Below, in pieces: positions 58,604-64,000 of a DNA stretch of 64,000 nucleotides. A model generated the notes under the pieces. It did not search any database, had not been told where the DNA came from, and saw only the letters and a program-made list of their open reading frames with translations. The translations under genes were made by a program, and so were the position numbers. The first letter of the stretch is position 1. Each line of letters opens with the position of its first letter. Source of the DNA: Fibrobacteria bacterium (lineage in GTDB: Bacteria; Fibrobacterota; Fibrobacteria; UBA11236); contig JAJNBB010000002.1 in the NCBI GenBank assembly GCA_021155885.1, positions 2,929 through 66,928 of the forward strand, given 5' to 3'.

Positions 58604-60909
58604 AAGGTTTTCCGCATGCGCGGATCTTCCTTTTTCGCGGGTTCATGGTCGCCGCGGTCCCCGTGGCGGCCGACGGGCCTCTCGGAGCCCCTGTGCTGTC
58701 CCGGCGTGCAAAAGTCCGGCTCACGCCCGGCGATGGCGTAATCCGGGGCCGGGGGGGGACAGAAGCCCTGGGCCCTCAGGCCCGAAAGCGGACAGAGCGA
58801 CACGCTGACCACGCCCTCGGGGCGCGGGAAGTCCTGATACGGGCGGTTGCGCATGGCGAAGTGCATGACGTCGATCCATAGCGGCACCGCATCCGCCGAG
58901 CCGGTATGGCCCGGGCCCATGGAACTATGGTCGTCGATGCCCACCCAGATTCCCAGGGTGTAAGCTTTGGTGAACCCCACGAACCAGGCGTCGGAGAAGT
59001 CGTTGGTGGTTCCGGTTTTGCCGCCGGAGGGATGGCGGAACCCGCTGGCCCACACCGCCGCCGCCGTGCCCCGGATATTCACGTCGCGCAGCATGGAGGT
59101 CACGATCCAGGCGGCCTCCGGGCCGAGGGCCTCGCTGCGCTGCGCCTCATGGCGGTACAGCGTGCGCCCGGCCTTGTCGCGCACGCGTTCCACGAAATAG
59201 GGGACCGCGCGCGTGCCGCCGTTGGGGAACACGGTGTAGGCCGAGACCAGTTCCAGCATCGTGACGTCGGCCGAGCCCAGGGCCAACGAAGGCACGGCGG
59301 GGACGTTGCGCGCGAAACCGAAGCGCCGCGCGGTCTCCACCACGTTGTGAAGGCCGTATTTCAGCCCCACTTCGACCGCGGGCAGGTTCTTCGACTTATA
59401 AAACGCACGCCGCATGGTCATGCGCCCCTCGAATTCGGGCTCGAAGTTGCTGGGGCGCCAGACCCGCGTTGAATCCCAGGCCTCGGGAATCGCGATGGGC
59501 TGGTCGTGTAGGATGTCGCCGGGGCTCGCCCCCCGCTCGACGGCGGCGGCGTACACGAAGGGCTTGAAGGAGGAGCCCGGCGAGCGCACGGCCTGGAGCG
59601 CGCGGTTGTATTTAGAGGCCTCGAAATCCTCCCCGCCCACGAGCGCGCGCACGGCCCCCGTGGAATTCTCGATGAGCATCAGGGCCGCCTGGGGGTGGCG
59701 GTAGCGGTAGCGCAGGGGAAAGCGCTTGGAACCCGTCTCGTCGTCGGGCTTCAGGTAATCCTTCTCGAACCTCGCGTAATGCCGGTCCCAGTTCTCGAGC
59801 AGCTGGGGCAGGGGCACCTTGAGGTACTTCGGCATGTCGTAGGCCTTGGCCGTGCGGACCTGCATCCGGCGGCGGATCTCCCCCAGCCGGAATCGCAGCA
59901 GGCTGTCGGCCTGGTGCTGGACGGCCGAGTCCATCGTAACCTCGACGCTACCCCCCTGGTTGTACACGAAGTCGTCGCCCCAGCGCTTGGTCAGGAACTG
60001 GCGGGTGTGCTCGATGAAATAGGGCCCGAGGTCGGAGGGCGCGCGGTAGGTCTTGGCGCCGAGCGGGGAAGCCGCGGCGGCCTTCCATTCAGCGCGCGTC
60101 AGGAAGCCGGCGCGGCGCATGGCGCCCAGCACGACGTTCCGCCGGGCGCGCGCCACCTCGGGATTGTTGTCGGGACGGTAGTACTCGGGACGCTGCAGCA
60201 GCCCTGCCAGCAGGGCGTACTGCCCCGCGTCGAGCGAGTCGAGCGGCTTGCTGAAATACCTCTCCGCGGCCGAAGCGAAGCCGTAGGCCCCCGACCCCAG
60301 GTATACGTGGTTGAAATAAAACTCCAGGATTTCCTGCTTGGTGTAGCTGCGCTCGATCTGCACCGCCAGCAGGATCTCGCGCACCTTGCGGCCGATGCTG
60401 CGTTCGGGGGTGAGGATCAGGTTCTTCGCCAGCTGCTGCGTCAAGGTCGAGGCCCCGCGCGCCCGGCTGCCGAACACCGCGGGCAAAAGGGCCGAGGGAT
60501 AGGCGGTGAGGTCCACGCCCCAGTGTTCGCGGAAGGAGCGGTCCTCGATCGCGATCACGGCCTGCTTCAGGCGCTCGGGCATGTCCTCCTCGGCCATCCA
60601 GATGCGCCGCTGGATGTAAAACTCGTGCACCATGCTGCCGCCCTTTCCCGAAACCCGGGTGATCAGGCCCGATTCCAGGCGCTCCAGGCGCTCCAGCGAC
60701 GGCAGGGAAAAGGCGAAATAACCGAACACCCCCAGGAGCGCGACGAGCACGATGCCCGTGAGCAGGGCGAAAAATTTCACCCAGGACCAGACATGGGCGC
60801 GGTACCCGGCCTTGCGCAATTCCCGGACGAGGGCGGCGATCCAGGCCGCGAAGGCGCGAAAAATGGCTTTCAGGATTCTCCCGACCGTCTTGGCGATTTT
60901 TTTCAGCAT
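58600..60909 (-). CDS. Penicillin-binding protein 1A family
   Basis: IEDRSF..H.G, GASTLTQQLAKN, SSFK, SKN, KTGT. Confidence 0.95.
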   Translation of the reverse strand: MLKKIAKTVGRILKAIFRAFAAWIAALVRELRKAGYRAHVWSWVKFFALLTGIVLVALLGVFGYFAFSLPSLERLERLESGLITRVSGKGGSMVHEFYIQRRIWMAEEDMPERLKQAVIAIEDRSFREHWGVDLTAYPSALLPAVFGSRARGASTLTQQLAKNLILTPERSIGRKVREILLAVQIERSYTKQEILEFYFNHVYLGSGAYGFASAAERYFSKPLDSLDAGQYALLAGLLQRPEYYRPDNNPEVARARRNVVLGAMRRAGFLTRAEWKAAAASPLGAKTYRAPSDLGPYFIEHTRQFLTKRWGDDFVYNQGGSVEVTMDSAVQHQADSLLRFRLGEIRRRMQVRTAKAYDMPKYLKVPLPQLLENWDRHYARFEKDYLKPDDETGSKRFPLRYRYRHPQAALMLIENSTGAVRALVGGEDFEASKYNRALQAVRSPGSSFKPFVYAAAVERGASPGDILHDQPIAIPEAWDSTRVWRPSNFEPEFEGRMTMRRAFYKSKNLPAVEVGLKYGLHNVVETARRFGFARNVPAVPSLALGSADVTMLELVSAYTVFPNGGTRAVPYFVERVRDKAGRTLYRHEAQRSEALGPEAAWIVTSMLRDVNIRGTAAAVWASGFRHPSGGKTGTTNDFSDAWFVGFTKAYTLGIWVGIDDHSSMGPGHTGSADAVPLWIDVMHFAMRNRPYQDFPRPEGVVSVSLCPLSGLRAQGFCPPPAPDYAIAGREPDFCTPGQHRGSERPVGRHGDRGDHEPAKKEDPRMRKTF

Positions 60910-60964
60910 GAAGATGATAAGGTAGGGAATTGGGGAAGGTTTTTGTTATACTTTCCGTCCCGTC

Positions 60965-61038
60965 GCAGGTGTGGCCAAACTGGATAAGGCATCTGACTAC
61001 GAATCAGAAGACTCCAGGTTCGAATCCTGGCACTTGCA
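60965..61038 (+). tRNA. tRNA-Arg(ACG), CCA not encoded
   Basis: Acceptor GCAGGTG/CACTTGC, anticodon arm TCTGA-CTACGAA-TCAGA, T arm CCAGG-TTCGAAT-CCTGG. Confidence 0.95.
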
Positions 61039-61314
61039 CGGGACTTCTCTTTATACTTCCAGCGCGCCCCCCTCCCCGCGGGGCTTTCGCGCCCCGCCCC
61101 ACGGCACGGCCGGGACTCCCGGGGCAACCGCCCCAATTTCCTCTCGCGTTTGACGGATTCCTTACCGGGCTCGACCGGACGTTCGTTTCATCCGCCCGCC
61201 CCGGTAACCGTTTACAACAGGCGGGTTGCAAGCGTGGATCGCCCGTCGGTTTCTTGTAGACTGATTCCAGGCCCGCCACGCGGGCGAACCATCACCTGAA
61301 CCCGGAGTCGTCTC

Positions 61315-61767
61315 ATGGATCCAATCGCACTTTTGAAGGCCGATCACAGGAAGGTCGAGGAACTGTTCAAGAAGCTGGAGGATACCACGGAGCGCGCCGT
61401 GAAGACGCGCACCGAGCTGTTCGAAAAGCTGAGGATGGAATTGACCGTCCATGCCCTCGCCGAGGAAGCGGTGCTGTATCCCGAAAACAAGGAGATCCCG
61501 TCAACGCGCGAACTCGGCTTCGAGGCCGTGGAAGAGCACCACGTCGTGAAAATCCTGCTGGACGAGCTTTCCGAGCTTTCCCCCGATACCGAGGAATGGA
61601 CGGCCAAGCTTTCGGTGCTGAAGGAAAACGTCCAGCATCACGTCAAGGAAGAAGAGGGGGAGATCTTCCCCAAGACGAAGAAGGCCCTGTCGGCGGAGGA
61701 GCTCGACGAAATGGGCGCCCGCCTTTTCGAGGAAAAGGAAAAGCTGCTGGGGCATATGCCGGCATAG
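61315..61767 (+). CDS. Hemerythrin/HHE cation-binding domain protein
   Basis: LLKADHR.V, HALAEE..LYP, EEH, HHVKEEE..IFP. Confidence 0.92.
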   Translation: MDPIALLKADHRKVEELFKKLEDTTERAVKTRTELFEKLRMELTVHALAEEAVLYPENKEIPSTRELGFEAVEEHHVVKILLDELSELSPDTEEWTAKLSVLKENVQHHVKEEEGEIFPKTKKALSAEELDEMGARLFEEKEKLLGHMPA

Positions 61768-61880
61768 CTACCAGCGTACAGCGGACAGCGTACAGCCGGA
61801 AAACGGGGGATATTCCGACCTTCCCCCTCTTTTCCAGCTGTACGCTGCCCGCTGTCGCTGTACGCTGTCCGCTGTTCGCT
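61765..61880. repeat. Heptamer-unit palindrome (CAGCGNA type)
   Basis: TAGCTAC CAGCGTA CAGCGGA CAGCGTA CAGCCGG AAAA.. vs ..TTTTCC AGCTG TACGCTG CCCGCTG TCGCTG TACGCTG TCCGCTG TTCGCT. Confidence 0.88.
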
Positions 61881-61908
61881 TCCGCCCTTCCCTACTATAT
61901 TAAAGCCT

Positions 61909-62235
61909 ATGAACATCGACGGCATGGCCTCTGTCCTTTTGGAAAAGCTCAAGGGAATCGCCCAGACCGAAACGGTGGTGGGCCAGCCCATCTACGCCGA
62001 CGGGACGACCTTGATCCCGGTCTCGAAGGTATCCGTGGGCTTCGGCCTCGGCGGCATGGAAAGCAAATCCGAAATGGCGGGGGCGGGCGGCGGCCTGACC
62101 GTGGAGCCCATCGCCTTCGTGGTCGTGCAGGGCGACAACGTGAAGATCATCAACCTCACGCAGAACAAGGACCTGATCGGCAAGGCCATCGACCTGGTTC
62201 CCGATGTGCTGGCATTGCTAAAGAAAAAGGACTGA
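61909..62235 (+). CDS. GerW/YtfJ-family protein
   Basis: ETVVGQPI...TLIPVSKVSVGFG.GG..GAGGG..VEPIAF.VV. Confidence 0.88.
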   Translation: MNIDGMASVLLEKLKGIAQTETVVGQPIYADGTTLIPVSKVSVGFGLGGMESKSEMAGAGGGLTVEPIAFVVVQGDNVKIINLTQNKDLIGKAIDLVPDVLALLKKKD

Positions 62236-62274
62236 AGCCCGCCCGTCGCGGCGCGAACGATTTATCATTCGCCC

Positions 62275-62895
62275 ATGCGACGGATTTTATTCGTGCTTTT
62301 CCTAGCGGTCCTGGCGCCGCGCGCCCAGGATCCCATAACCAAACTCGTGTTCCGCGGAGGGCTGAACTTCTCCGGAGCCGAATACGACCCGGATCTTCCT
62401 TCCGGGGTTTCCAAGTCGCCCCGCACGGGTTTCCATGCCGGGGCCCTTCTGGATATCGGGGCCAATCGCCGCCTGCACCTGCTGTCCGGAGCCGAATTCG
62501 ACACGCGGGGTTACGACCTCAAGAACGGATTCGAGAGGACCGCGTTCAGGGCTTCCTATCTCGCGGTGCCCTTCCTGTTTTCCATCCGCCCGGCGCCGAT
62601 TTTTTTTCTCAATGCGGGCGGGGAGGCGGCCTTCCCCCTGGCGGCGAAAGTCCGGTTCGAGGACGGCACGTCGCGGAACCTCGACAACGACCTGGTGAAT
62701 CCCCATTGGGGACTTCGCTTCGAAGGGGGCTTTTTGATCCCGCAGAAGTCCCTCGCTATCGACCTCCTGCTGGGAGCCGGGTACACGCGGGGGATGTCGC
62801 AGGTTTTCAAAAGCTCGGGCGCGTTCGACCAGGAAGTCCGTCACCACGTGTTCCGGGTCTTCGTGGGATTTTTCCTGGGCGGCCTTCCGCTCTAG
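62275..62895 (+). CDS. Outer-membrane beta-barrel (porin/PorT-like) protein
   Basis: Signal peptide, RGGLNF, RTGF.AG, YL.VP. Confidence 0.75.
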   Translation: MRRILFVLFLAVLAPRAQDPITKLVFRGGLNFSGAEYDPDLPSGVSKSPRTGFHAGALLDIGANRRLHLLSGAEFDTRGYDLKNGFERTAFRASYLAVPFLFSIRPAPIFFLNAGGEAAFPLAAKVRFEDGTSRNLDNDLVNPHWGLRFEGGFLIPQKSLAIDLLLGAGYTRGMSQVFKSSGAFDQEVRHHVFRVFVGFFLGGLPL

Positions 62896-63030
62896 CGATT
62901 GCGCCGGGGCGCAACCCTGCCTATCTCCCGCTTATCAAATTGTTGCGAGCACCCGTTTTTCAGGAGATACGGGGAAGCCCCCATGGTCCAGCCGCGGAAT
63001 CCGTGTAGACTGATCCTCAGGAGGTCACCC

Positions 63031-63645
63031 ATGAAAAACGCAATCTTTATCGCCGCCCTGGTGGTCGCGCTCATCGCCGTGTTCGTCTCCCCCGCCCATT
63101 CCGACGGCATCATCCTGCGCGGCGGCATGAACTTCGCCAACGCCAACACCGATCTCGTCGACGACGAGGACCGGGAATTCCGCACCGGCTTCAACGCCGC
63201 GCTGCTGGGGGAAATCGGCAGCGGCGGGGTGCGCCTGCTCGCGGGCGCGGGCTATGAAAACCGCGGCCTCGACATTTCCATCGGCGAGGATGACGGCCAG
63301 GTGCGCCTGGACTACGTGACCGTTCCGGTCATGCTTTCCCTGGGAACGACCTCGACCGGCACGGGGATGCCGCGCGTCTTCGTGAACCTGGGCGTCGAGC
63401 CGGCGTTCCTGGTTTCGGAGGAAGAAGAACTGGGCGCCTTCACCTTCGATTTCGAGGAGGCCGAAAAATTCGACTTCGGCCTGCGCGGCGAGGCGGGCCT
63501 GGAAATTCCCCTGAGCGTCTCCTCGGGCCTCGTGCTCGGGGGCGGCTACAGCCAGAGCCTCACCGACGCCTCCAAAAGCGACGATACCGAATGGAAGCAC
63601 TACGGCTTCCATCTCTTCGGGGGCGTGAAGATCGGTATGTTTTAG
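63031..63645 (+). CDS. Outer-membrane beta-barrel protein (tandem paralog)
   Basis: Signal peptide, RGGMNF, RTGFNA, LDYVTVP, terminal F; AGGAGG RBS. Confidence 0.8.
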   Translation: MKNAIFIAALVVALIAVFVSPAHSDGIILRGGMNFANANTDLVDDEDREFRTGFNAALLGEIGSGGVRLLAGAGYENRGLDISIGEDDGQVRLDYVTVPVMLSLGTTSTGTGMPRVFVNLGVEPAFLVSEEEELGAFTFDFEEAEKFDFGLRGEAGLEIPLSVSSGLVLGGGYSQSLTDASKSDDTEWKHYGFHLFGGVKIGMF

Positions 63646-63647
63646 CC

Positions 63648-64000
63648 ATGCCCGAAGAAACGTCCGCTCCCCTGCCCCGCCTTGCCGAGTACCCGATCGA
63701 TCATGAATTCATCGAACGCTGGTCTCCGCGCGCGCTGACGGGCCAGGACATCCCGCAGGAAGACCTGATGGCCCTCTTCGAAGCGGCGCGCTGGGCGCCC
63801 TCGAACGGCAACAGCCAGCCCTGGCGTTTCCTGTACGCCCGCCGCACGCAGCCGGCCTGGCCGCTGTTCCGCGACCTGCTGGATGAAGGCAACCATCGCT
63901 GGGCGGACAAGGCCTCGGCCCTCATCGTCGTCGTTTCGGCGCAGAAAAACGAAAAAACCGGCAAGCCCCTGGAAACGGCCAGCTATGATACCGGAGCCGC
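63648..64000 (+). CDS. Nitroreductase family protein (runs off the window end)
   Basis: Hand translation: ERWSPRA..LFEAARWAPS..NSQPWRF..YDTGA. Confidence 0.9.
   Translation, partial: MPEETSAPLPRLAEYPIDHEFIERWSPRALTGQDIPQEDLMALFEAARWAPSNGNSQPWRFLYARRTQPAWPLFRDLLDEGNHRWADKASALIVVVSAQKNEKTGKPLETASYDTGA

Noticed and set aside
60965..61310. Integrative element at tRNA-Arg
   Set aside because: No integrase and no duplicated tRNA 3' end were found downstream.

Overview
GC-rich bacterial chromosome segment, mostly housekeeping genes. The lineage is plausibly Fibrobacterota/FCB (inferred from a T9SS-like C-terminal domain, a PorV-like barrel, a long IspG and a Minf_1886-like gene). It holds about 60 CDS, including prx, ftsK, gcvT, gpmI, rmlC, ispG, fkpA, folB, mdh, sucCD, rmuC and PBP1A, plus one tRNA-Arg(ACG). 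Accessory modules: two FN3/beta-propeller lipoproteins, a kaiC-kaiB-kaiB-PAS kinase operon without kaiA, a Crp/OsmC/rhodanese/DUF2892 cluster and a Nudix-folB-pteridine reductase-GH84 operon. No transposase, integrase, reverse transcriptase or CRISPR array was seen. The most striking structure is non-coding. (i) An AT-richer four-helix-bundle (23S-IVP/Avd-like) gene is bracketed by 26-bp inverted repeats built of 7-nt units, and four gene-less intergenic palindromes use the same 7-nt design. (ii) GTAG- and CGTC-type REPs and two long hairpins are present, several of which supply stop codons. (iii) At least 15 genes have a TANNNT box exactly 6-7 nt before the start codon, suggesting pervasive leaderless transcription. 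All product calls come from motif recognition, not database searches.
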